DNA of 64,000 bases, from contig JAWBBK010000001.1 of NCBI GenBank assembly GCA_038824665.1, positions 32,001 to 96,000 on the forward strand. The letters run 5' to 3'. The position numbers and the translations under genes were made by a program. The notes under the pieces are model-generated. The model saw only the letters and a list, made by a program, of their open reading frames with translations. It did not search any database and had not been told where the DNA came from. Origin of the DNA: Acidilobaceae archaeon. GTDB taxonomy: Archaea; Thermoproteota; Thermoprotei_A; Sulfolobales; Acidilobaceae. Positions within the stretch are counted from its first letter, which is position 1, and every line of letters begins with the position of its first letter. This document shows, one piece after another, positions 8,955 through 18,710 of the stretch.

Positions 8955-9689
8955 TTAAGTCTGTTGAGATTGTGTTCCTTTCTTTCTGCCGGTTCTTCTT
9001 GCTGCTATGTGTCCGACCTTCCTGCCTGGTGGTGCGTTCCTGCTTACCGTAGAGGGCTTACTTTTTCTCTGGTGTCTACCTCCACCGAAAGGATGACAAG
9101 CAACGATCATAGCTACTCCTCTTACTCTAGGCCACTTTCTGGCTTTTTTCTTCCACTTGTGGTAAGCGTTCCCTGCCTTCATTAACGGTTTCTCGATCCT
9201 TCCGGCTCCTGCTGGAACTCCTATCGTGGCTCTACAGTCGCCGCTTAACGTTTTCTGTCTTCCACTCGGTAGGAGAACCACAACCTCGTTACCGCTTTTT
9301 CCTAAAACCGTACAATAACTGCCTGCTTGTCTCGCTATCTTACCTCCATCGCCGGGTCTCAGCTCTACGTTACAGACAAGAGTTCCTTCTGGGATGTTCT
9401 TTAGCATTGTGATATTGCCGGGAGCCACGCTGGCTTCAGGTCCTATCTCTATTGTCTGACCTACATACATTCCCTCGACAGCTGGCATTAAGAACTCCTC
9501 TCCAGAGTCTAAGACTATTCTAGCTAGTGGAACATATCGACCTGGATCGTGTACAAGTTCAACAACTTTAGCTTTATGTGTGCTAAAATCTAAAGGTGGA
9601 TACTTAGCTGGACCCACTCTTAAGTGCGAAGGGCTTCTGAAGGTTGGTGATCCCCTTCCTGCTCTCTGCTGGATTAGACTTCTACCCAT
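8955..9689 (-). CDS. rpl2: 50S ribosomal protein uL2
   Basis: QQRAGRG, HDPGR, WPRVRGVAM, HPFGGG, PPGRKVG. Confidence 0.98.
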   Translation of the reverse strand: MGRSLIQQRAGRGSPTFRSPSHLRVGPAKYPPLDFSTHKAKVVELVHDPGRYVPLARIVLDSGEEFLMPAVEGMYVGQTIEIGPEASVAPGNITMLKNIPEGTLVCNVELRPGDGGKIARQAGSYCTVLGKSGNEVVVLLPSGRQKTLSGDCRATIGVPAGAGRIEKPLMKAGNAYHKWKKKARKWPRVRGVAMIVACHPFGGGRHQRKSKPSTVSRNAPPGRKVGHIAARRTGRKKGTQSQQT

Positions 9690-9835
9690 AGCTAGTCCTT
9701 CCTCTAGCTCCTCGATCAGACCTTAAAATAGATTTCAGAGAGTCCGCAGATGACTCACTACAACCGATCTCGTTTGCTTTCCACTAGTCACATCATGTTT
9801 TTAAGCTTCTGCTCCATGAAGACCTAGGGACAGAT

Positions 9836-10000
9836 ATGCCGGTAACAGACCCTCAGCTATTAGCCATATTTGAAGCTAGAGTGCTAAACAAAAAAGTGTG
9901 TAGAAAGTGTGGAGCCCTCAATCCCATGTCTGCTGTCAAGTGCAGACGATGTAGGAGTACCAACCTAAGGCCTAAAAAGAAGCTCATGGGCAAGAAGTGA
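9836..10000 (+). CDS. rpl40e: 50S ribosomal protein eL40 (54 aa, below ORF cutoff)
   Basis: MPVTDPQ...[31 protein letters not shown]. Confidence 0.95.
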   Translation: MPVTDPQLLAIFEARVLNKKVCRKCGALNPMSAVKCRRCRSTNLRPKKKLMGKK

Positions 10001-10023
10001 AGGAATATAGCGGGAGCAACGAT

Positions 10024-10590
10024 ATGCCTTTAAGAGTTCCTCTCCACGAGTCCTGTGTTAAGAAAGGCTCTCTCTGTGCATCGTGCTCCAGTAAAGTAAA
10101 GAGAGAGGAGGTAGAAGAGTGGGAGGTAGACGTGATCAGAGCTCTCTTTTTAGCTCTAGAAAAGATAAAGATAGATACCGATATGAGATATTATGCTTCT
10201 GCTGTAGCCGGATCTACGCTTTACATAGCTCTTGAAGGAGAAGAAGTGAAAGGACTTGAAGAAGAACTCTCCAAAGTTCTCTCGCTACCCCGTGTCACAA
10301 AGGTAAGGCTTCTCTTCTTCAGAGGCGGAGACCTAGGTTTGCTTGAAAGAGTATATGGACAAAAGGTCCTCTCGGTGAACAAAGTTTACGATCCTGATGG
10401 AAGCGTTCAGCTTCACATAAAAGTAGCTAGACCAGACCCGGGAGCCGACAAGCTCGCTTCTCTACTTTTAAAAGTTAATGTGAAAAGCTTTGAGGCTAAA
10501 GAGGTAGCCCGACAACGCTCAGAGAGAGCGTTCAGTCGAGAGGCTAAGAGAGCTGACGTAAAGAAGCTTCTAGATAAGCTCTTCAGCTAA
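10024..10590 (+). CDS. NusA-like KH protein with Cys-rich N-terminus
   Basis: PLHESCVKKGSLCASC, VNKVYDPDGS; ATG 10024 after GGGAG. Confidence 0.7.
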   Translation: MPLRVPLHESCVKKGSLCASCSSKVKREEVEEWEVDVIRALFLALEKIKIDTDMRYYASAVAGSTLYIALEGEEVKGLEEELSKVLSLPRVTKVRLLFFRGGDLGLLERVYGQKVLSVNKVYDPDGSVQLHIKVARPDPGADKLASLLLKVNVKSFEAKEVARQRSERAFSREAKRADVKKLLDKLFS

Positions 10591-11638
10591 ACCACTGATC
10601 AAGCCTTTTCTGTCTGGACTTGACGTGTTCTCTGAAAGCTTTTTTGAGCCTCTCAACAGCATTTGTCACCCTCTCTTTATTAAAGTCGTGTTTCTCTACC
10701 AGTATCTCGTATATCCTCCTCTCGTCAGGCTCTCGAAACACAACTTTGTAATCCTGTTTCACTGGCGGTTTCAGGAAATACTCATATATCGCTATGGGGT
10801 TTATGTCATCCCCCCAATCAGATTTGGGAATGCTCTGAAGAGCCTTAATGGGGTCTCCCAAAGCTTTTACATGTCTGTAGGCTCTTTGAACACCCCATCC
10901 TCTAGCTCCGCCGAGATTATAGTCTGTACCAACTATCACCCCTATAGCTATGAGTTGCTCTCTAGTAATGCCGAGAGCTTTCAACAGCTCATCTAGTTCT
11001 ATGAGCTCAGGTTTGACCTCAACATACTCCTCTCTTCCTGGCATCTTCCTCTTACCGGTTATCGCTAAGTTTCTGACAAGACGCTTAGCTCCGAAAAGGA
11101 GGCTATCGTAGTCCTGGCTTCCGACAGCATATGCGTCTCCTCTTATCGTCATATAGGCTGCCTGAGCTTCACCTTCTGCCTCTGCTTGAATCCAGGGGAT
11201 CCCCATAGAGTTCAGAAGCTCTTGAGACTCACGAACCATGTCTGTAGTGAGTCTGCTCGTAGCCTGAGCGTATTTCCTCGCCTCTTCCAAAAGACCGGCC
11301 TCCAAAGCCTCTTTGTATCTAGCCTCAGCTTCAACTCTCCTCTTGGCCCTTTCTTCTAGCTCTCTAGCCTTGAGTTCAGGAGGTTTGCCGTCGAAAACAT
11401 AAATAGGTCTAACTCCCTCTTCAATTAAGTTTATTGTTCTATAGAAGAGACCGCTAAGATGACTCGTCACTCTTCCCTCTCTATCCATCAGAGGGGTCCC
11501 ATCAGGTTGCCTTATAGCCGATAGGAACTGATAAAGCACGTTATAAGCGTCTAAAGCTATGACCTCTCCACGAAGTCTTGACAACTCGACCTCTTTTCTG
11601 ACCCTCTCAGGAATCAACTCTCTTATATTGACTCCCAC
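10583..11638 (-). CDS. fen: Flap endonuclease 1
   Basis: DAYNVLYQFL, VFDGKPP, EGEAQAA, SQDYD, GTDY; C-terminal PIP box QKRLDQWF; GTG start at 11638 preferred. Confidence 0.97.
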   Translation of the reverse strand: MGVNIRELIPERVRKEVELSRLRGEVIALDAYNVLYQFLSAIRQPDGTPLMDREGRVTSHLSGLFYRTINLIEEGVRPIYVFDGKPPELKARELEERAKRRVEAEARYKEALEAGLLEEARKYAQATSRLTTDMVRESQELLNSMGIPWIQAEAEGEAQAAYMTIRGDAYAVGSQDYDSLLFGAKRLVRNLAITGKRKMPGREEYVEVKPELIELDELLKALGITREQLIAIGVIVGTDYNLGGARGWGVQRAYRHVKALGDPIKALQSIPKSDWGDDINPIAIYEYFLKPPVKQDYKVVFREPDERRIYEILVEKHDFNKERVTNAVERLKKAFREHVKSRQKRLDQWFS

Positions 11639-12034
11639 AAATCCCCCACTGCTCAGAGTCAAAGGGCTATGGTTAAGTTTCTTAGGCTTAAAAACTTTAG
11701 CATAATTCGCATCGTTCGAGGTTTCTCTAAGATCTTCGAAGTGGTCTATACGTTATCCAACAGCAAGCACAGAGACGTCAAACTTAACAGCTATTAGTCA
11801 CATCTCTTCTCAGATACTCTGAGTCAATATGAAGACCTTTTGTAGACCCTACAACTCTTCTTCAGTTACTGAATCAAGTTTGGTCTCAAAACAGTCGAAA
11901 CGCGGCATTTAGTTCTGTCTTTAAGCTGAGAGAACAGCTGTAACTATGTTCTACTTACGGTTTGAAGGCTCTACTAAGAATGAGAAAACCACGCTCTACA
12001 TATAAAGGCTCCAGTCCTCAAGACTTCCGAAGGA

Positions 12035-12132
12035 GGGGCCGTCGTCTAGCCTGGCTAGGATGCCAGCCTGGGGAGCGTATCCCCAGCCCGGAACGCTGGT
12101 GGTCCCGGGTTCAAATCCCGGCGGCCCCACCA
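12035..12132 (+). tRNA. tRNA-Pro(GGG) with 20-nt intron (12074-12093) at canonical position 37/38, CCA encoded
   Basis: Acceptor stem GGGGCCG/CGGCCCC; CCAGC-CT GGG G[intron]C-GCTGG; BHB with CTGG/CCGG central helix and 3-nt bulges. Confidence 0.93.
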
Positions 12133-15041
12133 TGCTTCTCTATGTAGACAGCCGGCTTAGCAGGAAGGGCTTGAGATCTTCTTGGAGACACCCCTTCTTC
12201 TTCTCTTTCTACGTAGACTTCTACACCTAGTTCTCTAGCGAAGAACTCTTCTGCTTCTTTGAGTACTGAATACTCGAGTTCTGGATCTATAAGATTCTCA
12301 ATTATTTCTGAACTCTTCGCCACTCTCGAGATCAGAACTCCCGCTTTCTCTTTATATTGTGATGTCCTCAGGACTTCTCTAAGAGCTTCGGCTAAAGGTC
12401 TGCTTTCTGAGAGCTTTTTGACCTCGTTAAGGAACTCGTACTTCCATCTGGCTGCCGTAGTTATGATAACCTTGTCTCCGCCTACTAATCTAAGGACCTC
12501 TCTGACGTCACTAAGTGTGTTCTCCACTATCTTCTCAGCCTTGGCTATATCCGACTTTATTGCCGAAAGGACGGGCTCTGGCCACCGAGCCAAAGACACA
12601 AAGCCTTCTTTTCCTATATTGGACCACACCTCTTCAGCTACATGAGGAGCGAATGGGGCTATGATGAGCGTCTGAACCTCTATGAACTTCTTCAAGAGTT
12701 CTTTATTAGGGATTTTTGCTCTCCTTAAATACCACTTAAACTTCGATTGAAGGCCGTAGAAGCCTTCAACTAAAGCCGATCTGTACATGGTTTTGTCCAT
12801 GAGGTCTGTGACTTTAACTATTGTCTCGTTGAGTACATGATTAAACCAGTCGTCGATTCTCTTCCAATCGTCTCTTCCCTTTCCATAGTTGTTTTTAGCG
12901 AACTCGAGCCAAGCTACTAGGTCTTCTACAGCAGAGTCTGCTGTAGCTGGATCAAAGTTAGCATCATCAAGTGTAGAATCAGCTCCTGCAAGAACCTCTG
13001 CCCATCTGGTAGCGTCGGCCCCCCACCACTCTAGAGCTTGTCTCAATAGAATGAAGTTACCTTTGCTCTTGCTCATCTTCTCTCCTCCTACTAGAACCCA
13101 GCCGTTAACGCTTATGCCTCTAGGCCAGAACTCTCTCGGGAATATGGCTACATGGTGCATTATAAAGAAGATGAGATGATTATAGAGCAAGTCTTTTCCG
13201 CTTATCCTGAGGTCTACCGGATACCAATATAGAAACTCTCTTCTCATATCCTCTAGAAGTTCGACTCCGATTCCTGTTTTTCTAGAAACCTCTTTGGGAT
13301 CTCCTACGCCCAGAAACACATAGTCAAAGAACTCAGGACTTAGGCTTTCAGGCTTGATCCCGTACTTCTCCTGTTGCTTGATATATTTGGAAAGAGTGTA
13401 ATAGGCCATGTATATGGTCGAGTCACTAAGACTCTCTATGACCCATTCGGGATCCCAGGGCAAATGTGTGCCTAGCTCTCCTTTGTGGGTGAAGGCCCAG
13501 TCTCCGAGTTCCTTCAGGAACCTCTTCATCTCTTCTTTAGCCTCCTCAGGGACTATCGTCATAGAGTCTATGGCTTCGAGAGCTGTCTTCTTCCAGCTCT
13601 CGTTGCTGTATAGGATGAACCACTGATCTTCAACTATCTTTACGTGTGTTCTACTCCCACATCTACAATAGACTCGCTGAGGTAGGGTGTAAACCTTCAG
13701 GGTCGCACCTATGGACTCAAGCCATGAAGCGATCTCTTTCCTAGCCTGAGAGACCCTGACGCCTCTCCAAGCTCCGGCGTTCTCTAACATCACTCCTTTG
13801 TGAAACTCTCTACTGTAGAGGTTCTTCGTTGCTTCTTCTAGCAACTTTCTGTCATGTTGACTTTTAACGCCCTTTGCTTTAAGCTCTTCGAGAGCTGGAA
13901 CTCCTTTGTAGTCTTCTGTCTCGATTATCACTATGGGCTCTATCGAAGCGACCAGCTCGTGGCTTAGACCATACTTAGTCAATAGCTCTTTGTTATTCTT
14001 GAGGTCTAGGAGTGCAGCTAAATCGAAAGGAGCGTGAGCTGGAACGCTCATAACGACTCCTGTTCCCACATCAGGGTCTAAGAACCATGCCGGTAGGACA
14101 GGAACTTCAGAGCCTGTAGCTGGATTTGTTGCCCACAGTCCTAAGAGTTCCTGTCCTCTTACTTTACCTCTGACCTCTACGGAGTATCTTTGGTCTCTTA
14201 ACTCCTTGGCAGCTGTCTCTCCAAGGATCCATGTCTCTCCGTTGACCTCTGCTATCAAGTATGAGGCTTCAGAATGTATCCAAATGTTTGTAACCCCGAA
14301 AACCGTCTCGGGCCTGAGAGTTAGAGCTGGAAGCACTCTGCCATCTCTGAGTCTGAACTTAATGATATAAGCCTCTATAGGGCTGATTCCTACATACTCA
14401 TCGGGTCTGTCGTGGTCTCCCACAACCTTGTTCTCCTTGGGACACCAGACGACAGGATGTGTACCCTTTCCTATTAGGTTCTTCTCTTTAAGCTTGAGGT
14501 ATTGCCACTCTATGAACTTACTGTAGTAAGGATTTAGTCGTGTTGTAAAGAACTCCCTCCTCCAGTCTATGCTCATCCCGTATCTCTCTAAGTCTCTCTT
14601 CCACTCCTTCGTAAAGTACTCTACCCAGGTCTCAGGGTCTCTGAACTTCTCTATATCGTGCTCCGGCACTCCAACTGCCTTGAGGCTCTCCACGACTTTG
14701 GTGTCTCCCTCTCTTAGTCTCAGAGCAGCCGCTACTATAGGCCCTCCTGTAGCGTGCCAGCCTTGAGCGAATAGCACGTTGAACCCTCTCATTCTCTTGT
14801 ACCTAGCCGTTATGTCTACTCTGAGTATTGTGAAAGCGCTACCCAAATGAGGAGGAGCATTGACATAAGGATAGGGAAAAGTCACGAAATACTTCTCAAC
14901 GCCTAGTTTAGGGTCAGCCTCGAAGACTCTAGCGTTTCTCCACCTCTCTTGCCACTTGACCTCTATGGATTTGAGAAGCTCTACTAGCTCTCTCGAGGCT
15001 TTGGGAACAACAGTTAGAGTCCTGGGTTTCTCTTCAACAAT
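12111..15041 (-). CDS. leuS: Leucine--tRNA ligase; N-terminus extends beyond ORF-track start (14885), proposed ATT start at 15041
   Basis: FPYPY..PHLG, GTGVVMSVPAHAPFD, KMSKS; upstream in-frame IEVKWQERW...FEADP is the conserved LeuRS N-terminus. Confidence 0.92.
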   Translation of the reverse strand: MVEEKPRTLTVVPKASRELVELLKSIEVKWQERWRNARVFEADPKLGVEKYFVTFPYPYVNAPPHLGSAFTILRVDITARYKRMRGFNVLFAQGWHATGGPIVAAALRLREGDTKVVESLKAVGVPEHDIEKFRDPETWVEYFTKEWKRDLERYGMSIDWRREFFTTRLNPYYSKFIEWQYLKLKEKNLIGKGTHPVVWCPKENKVVGDHDRPDEYVGISPIEAYIIKFRLRDGRVLPALTLRPETVFGVTNIWIHSEASYLIAEVNGETWILGETAAKELRDQRYSVEVRGKVRGQELLGLWATNPATGSEVPVLPAWFLDPDVGTGVVMSVPAHAPFDLAALLDLKNNKELLTKYGLSHELVASIEPIVIIETEDYKGVPALEELKAKGVKSQHDRKLLEEATKNLYSREFHKGVMLENAGAWRGVRVSQARKEIASWLESIGATLKVYTLPQRVYCRCGSRTHVKIVEDQWFILYSNESWKKTALEAIDSMTIVPEEAKEEMKRFLKELGDWAFTHKGELGTHLPWDPEWVIESLSDSTIYMAYYTLSKYIKQQEKYGIKPESLSPEFFDYVFLGVGDPKEVSRKTGIGVELLEDMRREFLYWYPVDLRISGKDLLYNHLIFFIMHHVAIFPREFWPRGISVNGWVLVGGEKMSKSKGNFILLRQALEWWGADATRWAEVLAGADSTLDDANFDPATADSAVEDLVAWLEFAKNNYGKGRDDWKRIDDWFNHVLNETIVKVTDLMDKTMYRSALVEGFYGLQSKFKWYLRRAKIPNKELLKKFIEVQTLIIAPFAPHVAEEVWSNIGKEGFVSLARWPEPVLSAIKSDIAKAEKIVENTLSDVREVLRLVGGDKVIITTAARWKYEFLNEVKKLSESRPLAEALREVLRTSQYKEKAGVLISRVAKSSEIIENLIDPELEYSVLKEAEEFFARELGVEVYVEREEEGVSPRRSQALPAKPAVYIEKHGGAAGI

Positions 15042-15099
15042 AACCGCGCACCTTTGAAAAGAGTCCTGACACGCTCTAGCTTTTAATGTTTAACTACGG

Positions 15100-16308
15100 T
15101 TAGCTTCTCCTTTTCCGCACCTTCGCCTTAGCCTCCTTGCTTTCCTCTTCTTTTTCTCTCTTCTCAACTACAGCTATCCCAGCTCCTATCAGCTTCCTGA
15201 AGACCTCGTCGAGGAACCTGATGTAAACTCCCTTCTGACCTAATGCTGCTCCCATAGCATCTCCGGTCACAGTTAACCTTACTCTGTTGCCAGCGAAGTC
15301 TGCCTCGACTATGTGTTTGTAAACCCAGGCTACGGGATGCACAGCTCTAACTATTTCTCTTAAGTCCAGAGTGTGCTCTATAGCCCTTATGCTCACGCCT
15401 ACCTCTTTCTCCATCTTCTGTACTCTCTCTCCTCCCGCTCCTACAAACCTACCTACGTGTCCTTCTTTGGTGATAACTAAGACTCCTGGCACATGTTGAG
15501 CCGTTATCTCGTACTTCTTCTTCAATCCTTCTATGTTGAGCACCGTTACCACATCTGCGTCAGGAGCGTAGATTCTAGCCGCGTCTCTTACTCTAGACTC
15601 AAGTTCATCCAGAGGTCTCTTCCTCATCTGGAATTCCAGCAAGAGCTTGATTCCCTTCTTAGCTCCCGGTCTTACTATGTCTCTTAGACCCAGGTCTACC
15701 ACTACTGCTGACTCCTCGCCGAGAAGTATCTCTCTAGCCAAGGTTGCTCCATCTCTATCGCCGAACCTCTGAAAGACTGGGTCTCCAGCTATTATCAACT
15801 TGCTTTTCCTGCCCATTCTCGTTATTATTTCAACTATGGTCTCTGCCGAGGTCCCTTGAGCATCATCAACAATTATAACTGACTCGTCAAACGTTCTCCC
15901 TCTGAGGAAGTGAGGATCAGCTAGTACTAGCTTCCCTGAAGCCATAAGCTCGTCAAGAGCTACGGGGTCTGCAAAGCCCGCTAGGATGTCTCTCAGGTAG
16001 TCGCTAGCGTGCTTCACGTATGCCTGAGGGTCGCTGAAGAGAGTTATCTCTCTTCCTGTCACCACGTCTACTATTGGTCTCGATAAGACCATCCTCTTGT
16101 AAAGTCCTCTCACAGTAGCGCTTAATCCGTATGATATAGCGAACAAGCTCTTTCCCGTGCCCGTAGGTCCGAAGACTCCGATTATCTCCTTCTCTGAAAC
16201 CAGAGCTTTCTTGAACTCCTCCTGACCCAAACTCTTTGGCTCGAGCTTCTCGAAGAGTTCCGCTATGCTCTTATTCTCAAAGGCTTCGGGTTGTCTCGAT
16301 CCGCTCAA
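15100..16308 (-). CDS. PhoH-like ATPase fused to KH domains
   Basis: GPTGTGKS, LRGRTF, DDAQ, TRMG, AGD; C-terminal GxxG KH motifs (VGAGG, LGQKG). Confidence 0.88.
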   Translation of the reverse strand: MSGSRQPEAFENKSIAELFEKLEPKSLGQEEFKKALVSEKEIIGVFGPTGTGKSLFAISYGLSATVRGLYKRMVLSRPIVDVVTGREITLFSDPQAYVKHASDYLRDILAGFADPVALDELMASGKLVLADPHFLRGRTFDESVIIVDDAQGTSAETIVEIITRMGRKSKLIIAGDPVFQRFGDRDGATLAREILLGEESAVVVDLGLRDIVRPGAKKGIKLLLEFQMRKRPLDELESRVRDAARIYAPDADVVTVLNIEGLKKKYEITAQHVPGVLVITKEGHVGRFVGAGGERVQKMEKEVGVSIRAIEHTLDLREIVRAVHPVAWVYKHIVEADFAGNRVRLTVTGDAMGAALGQKGVYIRFLDEVFRKLIGAGIAVVEKREKEEESKEAKAKVRKRRS

Positions 16309-16696
16309 CCTCCCACCCTGTGGTCCGCCTTCCAGCTATTCCGACAGATTTATCTCTTCTGAAATTGAATAAGACTCGCTTTCAGTCTTCTCTGAGATCC
16401 TTTATAGCTGTCTCGTTTATCCTCTCCTGAGTTCTGCGTTACGTTATACATCCCAAAAAGCCGTGCATGTCCCTAAGACAAGTCCATAAAGATCAAAGAT
16501 CTGAGAGGCTTTGTTCTTCTAAGAGAGATAGCGAAGTCCAAAGGCTCAACGCTAAAGAGGTCAGCGTGTGTCTGCTACCCAGAACTCGACGAATTCTGAG
16601 AAAGGCCGTTAGAGAAGATCGAAAGCGTGTTCTATAGAGGCAGTCAGAAGGTTGAAAAGGACGCACAACGTTGAAGTTCTCAAGGAAGCGCTGGAG

Positions 16697-17290
16697 ATGT
16701 CTGAAAAACTAAAGGTAGCAGTGGGTAGTCTCAACCCAGTCAAGATCAGAGCTGTGGAGAGGGTTTTCTCTCGATACTATGATGTGATAGTTGAAGGAGT
16801 TCCTGTAAAGACAAGCGTTGGACCACAGCCTGTAGGCTCTCGGGATGTGTTGCTAGGAGCTCTTGAAAGAGCTCTAGGAGCTCTAACTCTTGCGAGTTCA
16901 GACTTAGGGGTTGGAGTCGAGGCCGGTCCTATAGAGTTCTATTCCAGCTCTGGCTTTTTGGAGGTCGAGATAGCTGCAGTTATCGATAGACGTTGTAAAG
17001 TTAGCTTAGGACTCAGCGCCGGTTTCGAACTAGATCCGACTGTGATCACAGCCATGGCTTTAGGCAGAGAACTCTCAGACGCAGTCTCAGTGAATCGAGG
17101 AGTTAAAGACTTAGGGGAGAGCATAGGATATATCGGATACCTCAGCTGGGGGACTCTGACGAGACAGGAGTTAACGGAACAAGCCGTTCTCATGGCTTTG
17201 CTACCTAGGCTCAATGGAGCTAGCTGGCTCGTCAGCCTAGAGGAGCTAAGTCGTAGAGCTAGTCTCGATATGAGATGTTCCTACGGTTAG
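16697..17290 (+). CDS. yjjX: Inosine/xanthosine triphosphatase (YjjX family)
   Basis: VAVGSLNPVKI, QP.G, GALERA, GVGVEAG, IG.LS.G.LTR; ATG 16697 preferred. Confidence 0.88.
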   Translation: MSEKLKVAVGSLNPVKIRAVERVFSRYYDVIVEGVPVKTSVGPQPVGSRDVLLGALERALGALTLASSDLGVGVEAGPIEFYSSSGFLEVEIAAVIDRRCKVSLGLSAGFELDPTVITAMALGRELSDAVSVNRGVKDLGESIGYIGYLSWGTLTRQELTEQAVLMALLPRLNGASWLVSLEELSRRASLDMRCSYG

Positions 17291-18048
17291 ATAGTAGGAG
17301 CTAAGAGATACCTCACTAGAGACCCATCGGGACTCTTGAACTTGAGCTCCAAAGGCTTCTCCGTTGAGAAGCCAACCTCTAGAGTGTCAGCTACGCCAGA
17401 CAGAGCTGTGACTCTGCTCACATAAGACGTATCGTACTTCGATGAAGACTCCTCTTCTACCTCTAAAAACAGAAGAGCTGAAGTCTCTCGAGTGAACCGC
17501 GCTAATACCTTCTTCTCCAGAGCGCCTATAACTAATTGTTCTTCGTCTGCTTTAAGCTCCAACACGTCTGAGACTCCCTCAATATCCTTCACCGCTTTCT
17601 TAAAGGCATCAGATATGAGGAGAGCTCTAGCTTTGTGCTCAAGTTTCACTTCTTCCGGCACGCTTACAGAGACCTCTAGGTTCGGGAGCACGTAGCGCTT
17701 GATCGTGATGCCTTCGATCGAGACCAGAACTCTATTGGAAGCCACTCTGAACTCTATTGGATTGCCCTTCTTGGCTACAACTATACTCTTCAATGTGTCT
17801 AGGTTAAGACCCATCTCTACAGAGTCTTCTTTCAGCTCGTATTCGAGAAAGGCTTCTCTAGGCATAAAGACCTCGATGTAAGATATCTTAGCGGGGTCCA
17901 TTCCTCTTACTCTCATCCCCTCTTCAGTTATAGAGAAGAGGGCTTCGTCCATTATCTCTACGAGCGCGCTCACAAATCCCGAGAAGACTTTAGCGTCTGG
18001 GTACTTTATGACCGCTTTAGGCTCCTCAACCTCTTCTAAAAGACTCAA
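17287..18048 (-). CDS. pcn: PCNA sliding clamp subunit
   Basis: DEALF, GMDPAKI, F.EY, KPL.L.F, YLLAP. Confidence 0.93.
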   Translation of the reverse strand: MSLLEEVEEPKAVIKYPDAKVFSGFVSALVEIMDEALFSITEEGMRVRGMDPAKISYIEVFMPREAFLEYELKEDSVEMGLNLDTLKSIVVAKKGNPIEFRVASNRVLVSIEGITIKRYVLPNLEVSVSVPEEVKLEHKARALLISDAFKKAVKDIEGVSDVLELKADEEQLVIGALEKKVLARFTRETSALLFLEVEEESSSKYDTSYVSRVTALSGVADTLEVGFSTEKPLELKFKSPDGSLVRYLLAPTI

Positions 18049-18095
18049 GCCCTCTCCCGCCTCCTTTAGAGGCTCTGAATTAATAAGCTAGATAG

Positions 18096-18707
18096 CTAGC
18101 CTTCTATTAGAACCCAAGAGCTCTTCTTGTGGTCGTAGTAGACTAGTCCTGATCTCCTCAAAAGGTCGAAAAGTCTCCCATAAGCTCCGAGAGCTGAAAC
18201 TGCCTCTGTGGGATCGCCAACCTTAAGGCTCTCGAGACGCTTCTTAAACTCCTCGTAAGACTCTTCGCTCATCACCGCTAGGTCGCCACCTACGTTTAGA
18301 ACCTTGTAGCCCTCTTCAGTTGCGAGTCTCAACACCTCTTCAGGTCTAGCCTTGAGTTTCTTGATTGCCTCACTGAGGAGCATGTATCCGCTCTCCCCTA
18401 AGGCTACCGAGAGCAACGCTTCGCGTCCTCCTCTCTTACTCCCTTCGAAACGTCCCTTCTCGGCCTTGCTCTTAGCTAGCTCTTCTTTTATTTCCTTGAG
18501 TTCTGCCTCTATAGACTCTAGCGCTTCTCTTATCCTCCTGAGTTCTGCCATAACCCCTCTGCTGACTAAGAGAGCTGCCTTCTCAGCAGCCATGTTAACA
18601 GCTTTCTCCAACCTGTCGTCCTTCTGAGGCATCTTGACTTTCTTTACATCCTCGTTGCTCACTACACTGGATCCCAGACCTGTAGAAAACACAGAGAAGT
18701 TATACAC
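18096..18707 (-). CDS. Hypothetical protein, coiled coil plus wHTH-like C-terminus (true start probably downstream)
   Basis: Coiled-coil segment; LFDLLRRSGLVYYD..W. Confidence 0.7.
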   Translation of the reverse strand: MYNFSVFSTGLGSSVVSNEDVKKVKMPQKDDRLEKAVNMAAEKAALLVSRGVMAELRRIREALESIEAELKEIKEELAKSKAEKGRFEGSKRGGREALLSVALGESGYMLLSEAIKKLKARPEEVLRLATEEGYKVLNVGGDLAVMSEESYEEFKKRLESLKVGDPTEAVSALGAYGRLFDLLRRSGLVYYDHKKSSWVLIEG

Positions 18708-18710
18708 AGA

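Noticed and set aside
9735-9796. Minus-strand C/D-like element (ATGATGT...CTGA) between rpl2 and rpl40e
   Set aside because: Degenerate C box, no convincing D'/C', and it lies between two divergent promoters without a suitably spaced TATA
11962-12147. 61-aa ORF
   Set aside because: It overlaps tRNA-Pro; spurious
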